Virus record (IMG/VR): IMGVR_UViG_3300028103_000021
Location: 1-55,739 of that record
DNA: 55,739 nucleotides
Strand: one strand, 5' to 3'
Origin: a virus
Taxonomy: Duplodnaviria > Caudoviricetes
Made by a program: the position numbers and the translations under genes. The notes beneath the pieces were generated by a model. It was not told the DNA's origin and ran no database searches. It saw only the letters and a program-made list of their open reading frames with translations. Shown one piece after another: positions 32,117 to 42,032 of this stretch; positions within the stretch are counted from its first letter, which is position 1, and each line of letters opens with the position of its first letter.

Positions 32117-33724
32117 TTAAATCCTTTCAATCTTTTGTCTATGCCCAGATACAATTTGCGAGGGAGTAATAGACAAAGGAGACTCATAAGGATCATATGG
32201 ATCTTCTGAACCACGATAATTATTTAATTTAATTTCTTCTGCTCTTTCTCCAGTAAAATTATCGTTCTCATCAGTATAATATTGACCAGTTGCTGGATCT
32301 ATTAATACTTCTCCGTGATCACCATTTAATCCAGACAAAGTAGTGCATTGACCAGTAGAAAACATCAATGGATCTATAGATGTTGGATCTGAATTCCACT
32401 CAGCTTGAATAACTTCTTGAGTAATAGGAGGAAGATTTTTTAATGCAAAGAAAAGGTCAAGCCATTGTTCATTACTAATAACTAAATTACTACCTTCTTT
32501 TACGACATCGCCAACCTGATCATTAAAACCTATTGAGTTTTCACCACAAGGCCCATTCAAAAACATAATTTTTTCTTTGTCTTCGGTAGTTAAATTATTT
32601 GGATCGTATATACCAACCAATGGAATATAATCGCCCTGATTATACATTTGGCTTGGATCATCTATGGAAAAATACTTTTCTGGATTTGTTTCTTTGCCCC
32701 TAAAATATGTTGAACATGCATCTCCAACATATTCACTAGCCTTTTTGCCAAAACTAGACAGATTAGATCTATCTAAATAAAGACCTTTTAGTAAACAAGG
32801 GCCAAATCCAAAATTTACAGAACTTAAAGTTCCATTTAAAAGCAAATCTATGCTTAAAGTATTATGATTAATGATTGCAGCGGTTGTTCCGCCGTGATAA
32901 CTAGCTGTTTGAACACCATTATCTGTAGCTGCTGGCAAAGAACATCTTGGATTACAAATTGTTCCTGCTAAAAGACCTGGCACAAGACCATAATTAAAAG
33001 TAATGCTAGGTATTTTTTCATAATTTTCATTTATATAAAAAGACTCTTTTGTGCTAGAAATGATATCTTTTGCAAGCATATAGTAATGATGATAACCATC
33101 GTCAACATTACCAGTTCTTGTAAAATTAGGAAATATTGCAACTAAACTTGTTTGTTTAGATAGTTCTACATTATTTGACAGTTTATCTTTAGATTTAGAA
33201 CATCCGCCATTTTTAAAATGTTGAACATATAATTCGGATACTCTTGGAGAAACTTCATATGGTGGTAATGTACAATTAATATTGTTTGAATGTGGTGCTG
33301 GATAAACCTTAGAGTTATAAAAAATACCGCCAATAGAATAAAAGTTTCTAGAATCTTCTATGGTATCCCATAAAGTAGAACTAAAACCGTCTATATTAGC
33401 ATTATATTCAGAATTTATTTGTGCAGGAAAATTACCACAAGATTGAAATGGTTTACTTAGTGTTTCCGAGTGTGTATCTTTAGAGTTGGGAGAATGAGTT
33501 CTATGTGGCAATTGATAAGATCTAAAAAATGTTCTACCAAATCTTCCTAAATTTTTCTTTGAGTAAATCCAATAGCATGTATTACTAAAATCAGATGGGC
33601 CGTTAGCATTATTAAGCGGGTCTATAATATCATTTTCTATAATCATCCTTAACTTGCCAGAAACAGTAATAAATATTTTGCCGTTTCTAAAAGTTAACCC
33701 ATCATACATTTTAATGTCGGCCAT
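32117..33724 (-). CDS. Hypothetical protein (Cys-containing, acidic C-terminus)
   Basis: 535 aa, AAGGA RBS. Confidence 0.7.
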   Translation of the reverse strand: MADIKMYDGLTFRNGKIFITVSGKLRMIIENDIIDPLNNANGPSDFSNTCYWIYSKKNLGRFGRTFFRSYQLPHRTHSPNSKDTHSETLSKPFQSCGNFPAQINSEYNANIDGFSSTLWDTIEDSRNFYSIGGIFYNSKVYPAPHSNNINCTLPPYEVSPRVSELYVQHFKNGGCSKSKDKLSNNVELSKQTSLVAIFPNFTRTGNVDDGYHHYYMLAKDIISSTKESFYINENYEKIPSITFNYGLVPGLLAGTICNPRCSLPAATDNGVQTASYHGGTTAAIINHNTLSIDLLLNGTLSSVNFGFGPCLLKGLYLDRSNLSSFGKKASEYVGDACSTYFRGKETNPEKYFSIDDPSQMYNQGDYIPLVGIYDPNNLTTEDKEKIMFLNGPCGENSIGFNDQVGDVVKEGSNLVISNEQWLDLFFALKNLPPITQEVIQAEWNSDPTSIDPLMFSTGQCTTLSGLNGDHGEVLIDPATGQYYTDENDNFTGERAEEIKLNNYRGSEDPYDPYESPLSITPSQIVSGHRQKIERI

Positions 33725-33734
33725 TTTTTGTTCC

Positions 33735-33896
33735 TTATTGGATTAACTTTATTTCTTTATTTTCAAAACTAGTTGAGCAAGTTGAATAAGAATTTGTTTT
33801 TCCAAAAACTATATACTCCGTAAGCATCGGAGTTTCTGAAACCTGTACAATACCTTGATTAATTAATATTTCAAAATTAACTTCTTGCTGGTTCAT
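33735..33896 (-). CDS. Small hypothetical protein (53 aa), not in the ORF track
   Basis: MNQQEVNFEILINQGIVQVSETPMLTEYIVFGKTNSYSTCSTSFENKEIKLIQ*; fills the gap between neighbours, with a purine-rich RBS-like sequence upstream. Confidence 0.5.
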   Translation of the reverse strand: MNQQEVNFEILINQGIVQVSETPMLTEYIVFGKTNSYSTCSTSFENKEIKLIQ

Positions 33897-34167
33897 GTTC
33901 TTCCCTTACCTGTCTTTTAAGAGCTTGTATTTCTCTTGTATTTAATAATACTTGATTAAGTATTTCAAGGCTTTTATTCTGAGTATTAACTACAGTATCT
34001 ATTCCTTCTTCTAACTTATTTAAAAACTCTATGTGTCTTTCTTGCATTGGCAATATGACTTTTTCGCCTAGCCACATCCCAGATTTATAAGCACACCATA
34101 CAAAAAATACTAAAAATGAAAAAGAAACACCAAATCTTTCTACTAAAGTTATAAATGTTTCGCTCAT
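33877..34167 (-). CDS. Holin-like small membrane protein
   Basis: 96 aa with one N-terminal hydrophobic helix (FGVSFSFLVFFVWCAY) then a charged coiled-coil, as in BhlA-like holins; GGAG RBS. Confidence 0.5.
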   Translation of the reverse strand: MSETFITLVERFGVSFSFLVFFVWCAYKSGMWLGEKVILPMQERHIEFLNKLEEGIDTVVNTQNKSLEILNQVLLNTREIQALKRQVREEHEPARS

Positions 34168-34202
34168 TTTCTATTCTCCGAGTGATTTGTTACGCTAATT
34201 AA

Positions 34203-34208
34203 TACACC
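34203..34208 (-). promoter_or_regulatory. GGTGTA motif (candidate late promoter core)
   Basis: ATGGTGTATTAATTAGCG, 35 nt upstream of the holin-like start. Confidence 0.5.
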
Positions 34209-34209
34209 A

Positions 34210-34521
34210 TTAGAGAACGCCCTTAGTTTTACCAATTTTATCAATTGCGTATAAAAACATACCTACAGCTTGAGCCACCTCTGTATCAGCAGCAGCTTCT
34301 GCATAAATATCATCTATATTCATGGTTATGGTATGTTCCGGCTTGTCAGAAAGAATCCAAGTACCATCCTCATTTTTCTTTCCACGCTGAAATATAATTC
34401 TAGCCTGAGCGGGGCGAGTTATACCCTCACCAACAAAAGTCATTTGTTTAATGACCCAGTTATTATAAACGATTGCTTCGGATGCTGGAATTTGTACTGG
34501 AGTGCTTGCATTAATTAACAT
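34210..34521 (-). CDS. Hypothetical protein
   Basis: 103 aa, GAGG RBS. Confidence 0.7.
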   Translation of the reverse strand: MLINASTPVQIPASEAIVYNNWVIKQMTFVGEGITRPAQARIIFQRGKKNEDGTWILSDKPEHTITMNIDDIYAEAAADTEVAQAVGMFLYAIDKIGKTKGVL

Positions 34522-34522
34522 T

Positions 34523-35047
34523 TTAAACCTCTGGTTCTATGGTTGTAATTGATAAAATTTCTTCAATAGTAGAAGCATTTTGTACAGCTCTTCTTTTTGC
34601 AGCAAAAATTTTAGAAACATTGCTTCTAAATGCCCCATACTGCAACATAAAAATAGTCATTGACTGAATATCAGGAAATACAATTTCTTGATTATCTAGA
34701 GTAATAATTGGTGGTATTGGATAGCCTAAATTCGATGCCTCTTTTGCCATGGCAAAATTTGCCGATAAAAGGGCTACATCTTCTGCGGATATGCCCAAAA
34801 CGCCCTGTCCAGAATTCCAACCTTGAGCGATGGTTTGGCCCCATTCGTCATCAATTTGAGCCAGTTTTTCCAGCTTTGCTTTTTCAAATGGCCATTGAGA
34901 AACAACTTCCTGAGCAGCTTGTTTCTGCTCATCTGTGGCTTCTTCTTTATAATCAATTCTGAAATTCCCATTTCCTAAATCCCCAATTCCATCTATCGGG
35001 CATACTTTTGAAATGGATTCAGATAAGGTAGATAAATATATTAACAT
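34523..35047 (-). CDS. Putative tail fibre assembly/chaperone protein (DUF4376-like C-terminus)
   Basis: Follows the fibre genes; ends AKRRAVQNASTIEEILSI; start at ATG 35047 or GTG 35053. Confidence 0.55.
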   Translation of the reverse strand: MLIYLSTLSESISKVCPIDGIGDLGNGNFRIDYKEEATDEQKQAAQEVVSQWPFEKAKLEKLAQIDDEWGQTIAQGWNSGQGVLGISAEDVALLSANFAMAKEASNLGYPIPPIITLDNQEIVFPDIQSMTIFMLQYGAFRSNVSKIFAAKRRAVQNASTIEEILSITTIEPEV

Positions 35048-35952
35048 ATCCACACTCCCAACATTTTACTTGCCTCGTTTGCACCAGCAACATTTATAGT
35101 TCCTGTTGCACTACCAGAGTATTCAAGCCATGCGATATAATTATAGCCAGTTTGTGGCATAGAACTCATATTGCTATGCCTTTGATGAAACCAAGTCAAA
35201 GTTCCGGTGGCATAGCCTTGGCCACTTGAAGTATAAGTTGGTATTCCTGAAGTTGTATTTAAAGCAGCACTTGGATAATAAGCAGAAATGGCCGTTGTTG
35301 CATAAGTATTTACAGTTAAGTTGCAAGATACTGAATCTAAAGCAATTCCGGCTACAAATTCTATTTTGTTATTTGAATTATTATTGGCGTATCTCCAAGC
35401 TGCTGTAGTATAAGTCCAAGCACCAGTAGTCTCGTAAACATAAATATTCTTGGAAACTCTATTATTAAAATTCCAAACCAATCTTTTGGTTGCAGAATCT
35501 TCCGTAGTAGTGGTAGAAGTCGTGCGAATTGTTCCCAAGTATCTTCTAGTTAATGCACCTGTTTTTAAATACACACCGTTGGTCATGGTTAATGATGTGG
35601 CCCTCGTTGTATCATTAGTCCACGCTGTTAATTCTAGAGTTAGCGTTCCGGCGTTGTTGTACAAAAAAACATCGTAGTTTCTAGCTGATATAAGAGTTCC
35701 TAAAGCCAAAGACCGTTGCGTAAATGTATAAGTAGACCAATTAGTTCCATCATAAAGACTGATACGATCACCATTATATGGTGTGTAATAGATTGTTGTT
35801 TTGCTTGTCTGATCAGAAGTGGATACTGGCACTCCGCTTTCTAGTGTAAGTCTGCCAGAAGCAGTATTAGTAACCCAAGAGCCACCAGTCGAATCGGTTA
35901 AAGAATTTACGCCAGATATAACTGCTGTTTTATTGTTAATTGCTATAGCCAT
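35041..35952 (-). CDS. Tail fibre/receptor-binding-type protein
   Basis: 303 aa, Thr-rich beta protein (GRLTLESGVPVSTSDQ...IYYTPYNG...RRYLGTIRT) followed by a chaperone-like gene. Confidence 0.6.
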   Translation of the reverse strand: MAIAINNKTAVISGVNSLTDSTGGSWVTNTASGRLTLESGVPVSTSDQTSKTTIYYTPYNGDRISLYDGTNWSTYTFTQRSLALGTLISARNYDVFLYNNAGTLTLELTAWTNDTTRATSLTMTNGVYLKTGALTRRYLGTIRTTSTTTTEDSATKRLVWNFNNRVSKNIYVYETTGAWTYTTAAWRYANNNSNNKIEFVAGIALDSVSCNLTVNTYATTAISAYYPSAALNTTSGIPTYTSSGQGYATGTLTWFHQRHSNMSSMPQTGYNYIAWLEYSGSATGTINVAGANEASKMLGVWIC

Positions 35953-38900
35953 TAGCCTGTTACCTCAACTGTATCAACTTTTGCTACCCATCTTATTGTT
36001 TTTGACGCTTCTCCAGTAACAAGTATTTTTAAACTTCCGTATGCAGTATCTGCTACAGCATCAACAGACCAAGAACTATCTCCACCTATTGTAGTTATAA
36101 TTATACTGCCAACTAAAGCTGTGGTTCCAGCAGTAGCATTTCTATCAATAACTCCTTCAATCTTCCAACCAGCAGATTCATCATTTGCATCTGTTCTTCT
36201 AGCAACTATTAATGCAGAAAATGCATAAGTTGTATCATTAGGTAATGACAAATGATTATATGTGTCTTGCGCCGATCCATCAGAAGTCATTACTGTCTGG
36301 GTTCCATTGGTAGTTGAACATCTTAAAGTCACGGTTCTTGATTGTGCATCTCCGGCAGATGAAAATGCTCCACTTGATAAAGCAAACGCACTTCCTGTTA
36401 AAGATCTTGTAGTTGCATTTGCTCCAGCAGAAATAAATCCATTAATACTAAAAGATCCATTTGCTTCTAAGGTAGCTATATTAGTTGTTCCGGCATACCA
36501 TTTAAAATAATTAGTTGTAGTTGGAATAGAAAACCACAAGGTATTCATTTCTATACCAAGTGCATAATCTACTGTTGTAGAGGAAACTTCTGGCCATAGG
36601 ACTATTTTTGTTCCAGAACTTCTTGTATTGAATGACGGCGCAGCATATCCATTAGCGCCAAAATCTATTCTATTTCCACCAGAACCATCTAGATAAATTT
36701 GTCCTCCGCCATCAGATGCATTATTTGCAAGATTTGATACAAATCTTCCAGTATAATCAAAGTAAGAATAAGTGGTAGCTCCAGTAGAATTTCTAAAATC
36801 TAATAAGTTGGCAGTTTGTGAGTTTGCCCCAAATATTCCTAATGGTGTTTGACTTGCTGATGTTGCATAAGCTCCGGTATCAATTCCAGAAGTTGCCTGA
36901 TATTCTAATCCAACAGCACCAGCAAAAGATCCAGCGCCATCATTATATTGGAAATAATATTGAGAACCTCCAGGAGATGAATTGCTACCTTGATCACCTT
37001 GACTACCCTGATCTCCTTGATAACCTTGATCGCCCTGAGATCCTTGATCCCCCTGACTGCCTTGAAATCCTTGGGAACCTTGAACGCCTTGAAAACCTTG
37101 ATATCCTTGAAAACCTCTTAGTCCTTGAATACCTTGATTTCCTTGAAACCCCTGACTACCTTGTGATCCAGTCGCACCTTGATTTCCTTGTGACCCAGTA
37201 GAACCTTGACTACCCTGTGATCCAGTTGCGCCTTGATTACCCTGTGATCCAATAGATCCTTGACTACCTTGTGGTCCAGTTGCACCTTGATTTCCTTGTG
37301 ATCCAGTAGCACCTTGATATCCTTGATACCCTTGTGATCCAGTATTACCTTGATATCCTTGATTGCCTTGTGAACCAGTAGAGCCTGTATTTCCTTGATA
37401 GCCTTGGCTACCTTGTACCCCATTATTTCCTTGGTTGCCTTGCGAGCCAGTATTGCCCTGATACCCTTGATTTCCTTGAGGTCCAGTTAACCCCTGATAA
37501 CCTTGTGACCCATTGTTTCCTTGGTTGCCTTGATAACCTTGTGGGCCAACTTGAGTATATAAAACTTGAGTAGCTGTTAATATAATACTTGGAATTGCTG
37601 GGGCAGGAGAAGCAGCAGCTACATATTGTAAAGAAACATCAGTATTAGTTGCTTGCCAAGCTAGTTCTAGATAATCACCAGCATTAAGTTTTAAAACAAA
37701 ATTAACTGTTCCAATAGCATGACCATCAGTTCCACCATGGCTTTCTACAACACTCCACTTGCTATCAGTATCAGATACATTTGAACCATTCTTTTTAAGC
37801 CATATACTAGCGTCTTGTATTTGAACATTAGCATTAACTAACTGTACAGAAAATATAATGCTATAAACACCAGAATAAGCAAATGTTATTCTTGAATTAG
37901 ATACTACACTAACTCCATTATTATCAGCGTCTGAATTGTTGTAGGTTATAAGATATTCTGTATTTGCTGTAGTTATAAATTGATCTTGTGTAGACCAAAA
38001 AGATCCCCAATAACCTAATGCTCCACCAGCACCAGTAGCGCCAGTTGTACCTTGACTTCCCTGACTTCCCTGTGGTCCTGTTATAGAAGCTCCTTGATAA
38101 CCTTGAAGACCTACACTACCTTGACTTCCTTGACTGCCTTGATAGCCAGAACCTTGATTTCCTTGAAAACCCTGTGAACCTTGGTCACCTTTGCTTAAAA
38201 CTAACTGCCAATTAGATGGATATGATGGTGGAATATATCCAGCTGCACCAATATAAACTGTCATTACATATAAAGAACCATCATATGTAACTGCTTGACC
38301 TACTGAATAGGTAACTCCATTATTATAAGATCCTAAATAATCAAATATTTCTGGGCCTTGTGATCCTTGGAAACCTTGATTGCCTTGATCACCTTGTGAA
38401 CCTTGTTCACCTTGAAAACCTTGGCTACCTTGATCACCCTGTGAACCTTGTTCACCTTGAAAACCTTGGTTACCTTGGTCACCCTGTGACCCTTGTTCAC
38501 CTTGGAAACCTTGGTTACCTTGGTCACCCTGTGACCCTTGTTCACCTTGGAAACCTTGGTTACCTTGGTCACCCTGTGACCCTTGTTCACCTTGGAAACC
38601 TTGATTGCCTTGATCACCCTGTGACCCTTGTTCCCCTTGAAAACCTTGATTACCTTGGTTACCCTGTGATCCTTGTTGCCCTTGGAAACCTTGGTTACCT
38701 TGTGAACCTTGTGAACCTTGTATACCTTGAAAACCTTGATTACCTTGATGCCCCTGTGATCCTTGTTGTCCTTGCAATCCTTGATAACCTTGCGGACCTG
38801 TTGCTGGATTAGAAACTAAAGTTGTATGAATATGCGTTTGAGTATTATCACGAAACTCAAAAGTGGCAGAACTATTATTTTGTCTTATATTTACATATAT

Positions 38901-41900
38901 TTTTATTCTCAATCTTTTAGTTAAATCTGGCAAAATTGTAGCAGGAACAACGAGATCTGAAACTACTAATGATTGAGTTGTTAAAATAGCAGAAGCTGAT
39001 GAAGATGAACCTTGTATAATTAGTGTTTCATTGCTTGTGCCATCTGAATCTACATAATAAATACCATAATGCATAGTCGGCACTTGGCCAGTAGTGCTTG
39101 AAAGTGCATATAAATTTAATTCCCAAACACCAGAAGTTATAACTGTTGAAGTTAAAGCGCCAACTTGAGTCGTAAATGTTCCAACCAAATAATTATTTGC
39201 TATATTTAAACTACCAGTTGTAATTGTGGTTTGTGTTCCGGCATTTACACTCGTTAATAATTCTCCAGTTTGCGGATATGATCCACCGGTAGTATCAAAA
39301 AATAAAACTAAACCGCCACTAACACCGGCGTTTCCTTGAAAACCTTGATTACCCTGTAATCCTTGACTTCCTTGTAAACCTTGGTTGCCTTGATTGCCCT
39401 GTGATCCTTGAGTACCTTGAAAACCTTGGTTACCTTGGAATCCTTGATATCCAGAATCGCCCTTATCTCCAGTTCTTGCAAAAGTAAGTAATACTTCATC
39501 ATCATTAGAAAATGTTCCGCTTCCAGATAAATAAGAAATTGTAACATCAAAAAAACTAGGTTCTTCTTCTGAGGAATTGCTTATAGTATAAAGTGCAAAT
39601 ACTGTAGAGTCATTTTTCTTAGATAATTTAAAATGACCTTTTATAGTGCTTGTTGAAGCAGAGATTGTATTTAAGAATAGCGAAAGATCTATGTTTGCAT
39701 TATTTGGATTATCATCAATTATAACATGCGTAGCTGATGCAAGAGAAGCGTTATTAAATCTTATATAATTGTCACCTGGGTCGTTGATTGAGTAATTATT
39801 TGTGTCTATTTTATATTCAACTGTTACGCCACCAAAGCTACCAGTTGATCCCTGATATCCTTGGCCACCTTGATTTCCTTGAAAACCTTGTTCACCTTGT
39901 GAACCTTGTTCCCCTTGGAAACCCTGACTACCTTGATCACCTTGTGATCCCTGTTCCCCTTGAAAACCTTGGTTACCTTGATCACCCTGTGACCCTTGTT
40001 CTCCTTGGAAACCTTGGTTACCTTGGTCACCTTGTGACCCTTGTTCGCCTTGAAAACCTTGGTTACCTTGGTCACCTTGTGATCCCTGTTCCCCTTGGAA
40101 ACCTTGGTTACCTTGATCACCCTGTGACCCTTGTTCACCTTGGAAACCCTGATTACCTTGATCACCTTGTGATCCCTGTTCCCCTTGGAAACCCTGATCA
40201 CCCTGTGACCCTTGTTCTCCTTGGAAACCTTGGTCACCTTGTGATCCTTGTTCCCCTTGGAAACCTTGATTGCCTTGATCACCCTGTGAACCTTGTTCCC
40301 CTTGGAAACCCTGATCACCTTGTGATCCTTGTTCTCCTTGAAAACCCTGATCACCTTGTGATCCTTGTTCCCCTTGAAAACCTTGATTACCCTGTGATCC
40401 TTGTTCTCCTTGAAAACCCTGCTCGCCTTGTAATCCTTGATTTCCTAATAAACCTTGATTCCCTTGAAATCCTTGATTACCTTGATTTCCTTGGTTACCT
40501 TGAAACCCTTGGTTGCCTTGAAGACCCTGATTACCTTGGTTACCCTGCGACCCTTGAAAACCTTGGTTACCTTGAAATCCTTGTTGTCCTTGAGATCCTT
40601 TAATAGGACCAACATTTTGCCAATAAACAGGACTTGATCCTGTATAAACAACACCGTCACCTATTGCAGCGGAACCATTAGATGGATTTGGACATGCTTG
40701 AGAAGCAGTTCCTTGTGCTGTTGATGTAAGTAGCCACATATCACCAAGTACAGCACCAGAAGTTTCATTATTAAATATATTTTCCCAAGTATCAGATCCC
40801 TGTATGGTAACTCCTGCTCCAGTCTGTCCTTGACTACCTTGAATACCTTGGTTTCCTTGAAATCCTTGATTTCCTTGATAACCTTGTGAACCTTGTATTC
40901 CTTGTGAGCCTTGTATTCCTTGGTTACCTTGAAAACCTTGAAATCCTTGATTGCCTTGTTCTCCTTGAGATCCTTGGTTTCCTTGAGATCCTTGAGATCC
41001 TTGACTACCTTGAGAACCTTGATTCCCTTGAAAACCTTGGCTACCTTGGTTTCCTTGAAAACCCTGTCTACCTTGAAATCCTTGATTACCTTGAAACCCT
41101 TGATTTCCTTGCAACCCTTGAAAACCTTGCGAACCTTGAAAACCTTGATCGCCAACTAAAACAAAAGATACAGAAATTAATTCATTTGCGATTAAAGAAA
41201 ACCCAGCACTAGATTGAACATGAGAAACATTAAAAGAACCATATGTTCCATTAACTGTAGTAGAAGATGTTATTTTAAATACTGTAAACTTTGAAGGATT
41301 TGTTATTGATTGAATAAACAATATTGATTTTGTAGAATTTGTAGAATTGTCAAAAAGACTATATATCTCATGAACTTCATTTCCATTAATATCATAAGCA
41401 CTTAAACTTAATGTTGTTGCAGAAGATATAGTGAGGTTGTTGAATCTTAACTGAGATGGTGTTGGAACACCGGAGATAGAAGTGCTATATATATATTTAA
41501 TTGATGGGGCATTTATACCTTGATAGCCTTGATAGCCAAGCTCGCCTGTTATATTAACATCCCATATACTTGCGCTTCCAGTTCCTGTTACATAATCAAC
41601 ATCTACAGTTATTTCATTTGTTACTGGATTTGTAGAAGTTACTTTTCCTTCTAAAAAATCATCATTATTAGTAATGTCAACTATTCTTACTCTTACGCCA
41701 GCCCTAAATGATAATATATTAGAAATTACTAATGTTTTTAATCCGATTGTTTTTGTTAATGTTGATAAAGATTCAGAAAAACCAAATGAAAAACCCTGAG
41801 AACCTTGAACACCTATAATTCCTTGTTCGCCTTGAAACCCTTGATTTCCTTGATTTCCTTGCGAACCCTGTGAACCCTGCGTTCCTTGATTTCCTTGAAA

Positions 41901-42029
41901 ACCTTGTGAACCAGTAATTACGCCTGGAACAAAATTAGTTCCATCGAACTTAATTACTTGTCCAGAAGCGGGAACTCCTACAAAATCATCTTGATCTTGT
42001 ATTCTCGATGGTTTTTTGCTGAAATGCAT
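35952..42029 (-). CDS. Giant collagen-like (Gly-X-Gln) multidomain fibre protein
   Basis: 2025 aa with several G-X-Q tracts separated by globular domains: a C1q/BclA-C-like domain (GYWGSFWSTQDQ...SRITFAYSGVYSIIFSVQL), a CBM-like motif (YLGSYNNGVTYSVGQAVTYDGSLY) and two paralogous 'RFNN..(L/I).SAT' domains. Confidence 0.9.
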   Translation of the reverse strand: MHFSKKPSRIQDQDDFVGVPASGQVIKFDGTNFVPGVITGSQGFQGNQGTQGSQGSQGNQGNQGFQGEQGIIGVQGSQGFSFGFSESLSTLTKTIGLKTLVISNILSFRAGVRVRIVDITNNDDFLEGKVTSTNPVTNEITVDVDYVTGTGSASIWDVNITGELGYQGYQGINAPSIKYIYSTSISGVPTPSQLRFNNLTISSATTLSLSAYDINGNEVHEIYSLFDNSTNSTKSILFIQSITNPSKFTVFKITSSTTVNGTYGSFNVSHVQSSAGFSLIANELISVSFVLVGDQGFQGSQGFQGLQGNQGFQGNQGFQGRQGFQGNQGSQGFQGNQGSQGSQGSQGSQGNQGSQGEQGNQGFQGFQGNQGIQGSQGIQGSQGYQGNQGFQGNQGIQGSQGQTGAGVTIQGSDTWENIFNNETSGAVLGDMWLLTSTAQGTASQACPNPSNGSAAIGDGVVYTGSSPVYWQNVGPIKGSQGQQGFQGNQGFQGSQGNQGNQGLQGNQGFQGNQGNQGNQGFQGNQGLLGNQGLQGEQGFQGEQGSQGNQGFQGEQGSQGDQGFQGEQGSQGDQGFQGEQGSQGDQGNQGFQGEQGSQGDQGFQGEQGSQGDQGFQGEQGSQGDQGNQGFQGEQGSQGDQGNQGFQGEQGSQGDQGNQGFQGEQGSQGDQGNQGFQGEQGSQGDQGNQGFQGEQGSQGDQGSQGFQGEQGSQGEQGFQGNQGGQGYQGSTGSFGGVTVEYKIDTNNYSINDPGDNYIRFNNASLASATHVIIDDNPNNANIDLSLFLNTISASTSTIKGHFKLSKKNDSTVFALYTISNSSEEEPSFFDVTISYLSGSGTFSNDDEVLLTFARTGDKGDSGYQGFQGNQGFQGTQGSQGNQGNQGLQGSQGLQGNQGFQGNAGVSGGLVLFFDTTGGSYPQTGELLTSVNAGTQTTITTGSLNIANNYLVGTFTTQVGALTSTVITSGVWELNLYALSSTTGQVPTMHYGIYYVDSDGTSNETLIIQGSSSSASAILTTQSLVVSDLVVPATILPDLTKRLRIKIYVNIRQNNSSATFEFRDNTQTHIHTTLVSNPATGPQGYQGLQGQQGSQGHQGNQGFQGIQGSQGSQGNQGFQGQQGSQGNQGNQGFQGEQGSQGDQGNQGFQGEQGSQGDQGNQGFQGEQGSQGDQGNQGFQGEQGSQGDQGNQGFQGEQGSQGDQGSQGFQGEQGSQGDQGNQGFQGSQGPEIFDYLGSYNNGVTYSVGQAVTYDGSLYVMTVYIGAAGYIPPSYPSNWQLVLSKGDQGSQGFQGNQGSGYQGSQGSQGSVGLQGYQGASITGPQGSQGSQGTTGATGAGGALGYWGSFWSTQDQFITTANTEYLITYNNSDADNNGVSVVSNSRITFAYSGVYSIIFSVQLVNANVQIQDASIWLKKNGSNVSDTDSKWSVVESHGGTDGHAIGTVNFVLKLNAGDYLELAWQATNTDVSLQYVAAASPAPAIPSIILTATQVLYTQVGPQGYQGNQGNNGSQGYQGLTGPQGNQGYQGNTGSQGNQGNNGVQGSQGYQGNTGSTGSQGNQGYQGNTGSQGYQGYQGATGSQGNQGATGPQGSQGSIGSQGNQGATGSQGSQGSTGSQGNQGATGSQGSQGFQGNQGIQGLRGFQGYQGFQGVQGSQGFQGSQGDQGSQGDQGYQGDQGSQGDQGSNSSPGGSQYYFQYNDGAGSFAGAVGLEYQATSGIDTGAYATSASQTPLGIFGANSQTANLLDFRNSTGATTYSYFDYTGRFVSNLANNASDGGGQIYLDGSGGNRIDFGANGYAAPSFNTRSSGTKIVLWPEVSSTTVDYALGIEMNTLWFSIPTTTNYFKWYAGTTNIATLEANGSFSINGFISAGANATTRSLTGSAFALSSGAFSSAGDAQSRTVTLRCSTTNGTQTVMTSDGSAQDTYNHLSLPNDTTYAFSALIVARRTDANDESAGWKIEGVIDRNATAGTTALVGSIIITTIGGDSSWSVDAVADTAYGSLKILVTGEASKTIRWVAKVDTVEVTG
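38365..38660 (-). repeat. Second tandem array of the same 45-nt coding unit
   Basis: About six GFQGEQGSQGDQGNQ units. Confidence 0.9.
39860..40430 (-). repeat. Tandem 45/36-nt coding repeat (GFQGEQGSQGDQ[GNQ])
   Basis: Near-identical units such as ccttggttaccttggtcaccctgtgacccttgttcaccttggaaa. Confidence 0.9.
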
Positions 42030-42032
42030 TGT

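Noticed and set aside
38365-40430. Regular direct repeats resembling a CRISPR array
   Set aside because: No unique spacers, unit lengths are multiples of 3 within an open frame, and no cas genes are present.
36818-41212. Many overlapping 'KVIKV' and 'LVTL/HLV' ORFs, also at 27983-29899
   Set aside because: Alternative-frame readouts of G-X-Q repeats that lack stops by composition.
14731-42029. Diversity-generating retroelement acting on the fibre genes
   Set aside because: No reverse transcriptase and no TR/VR pair differing at adenines was seen.
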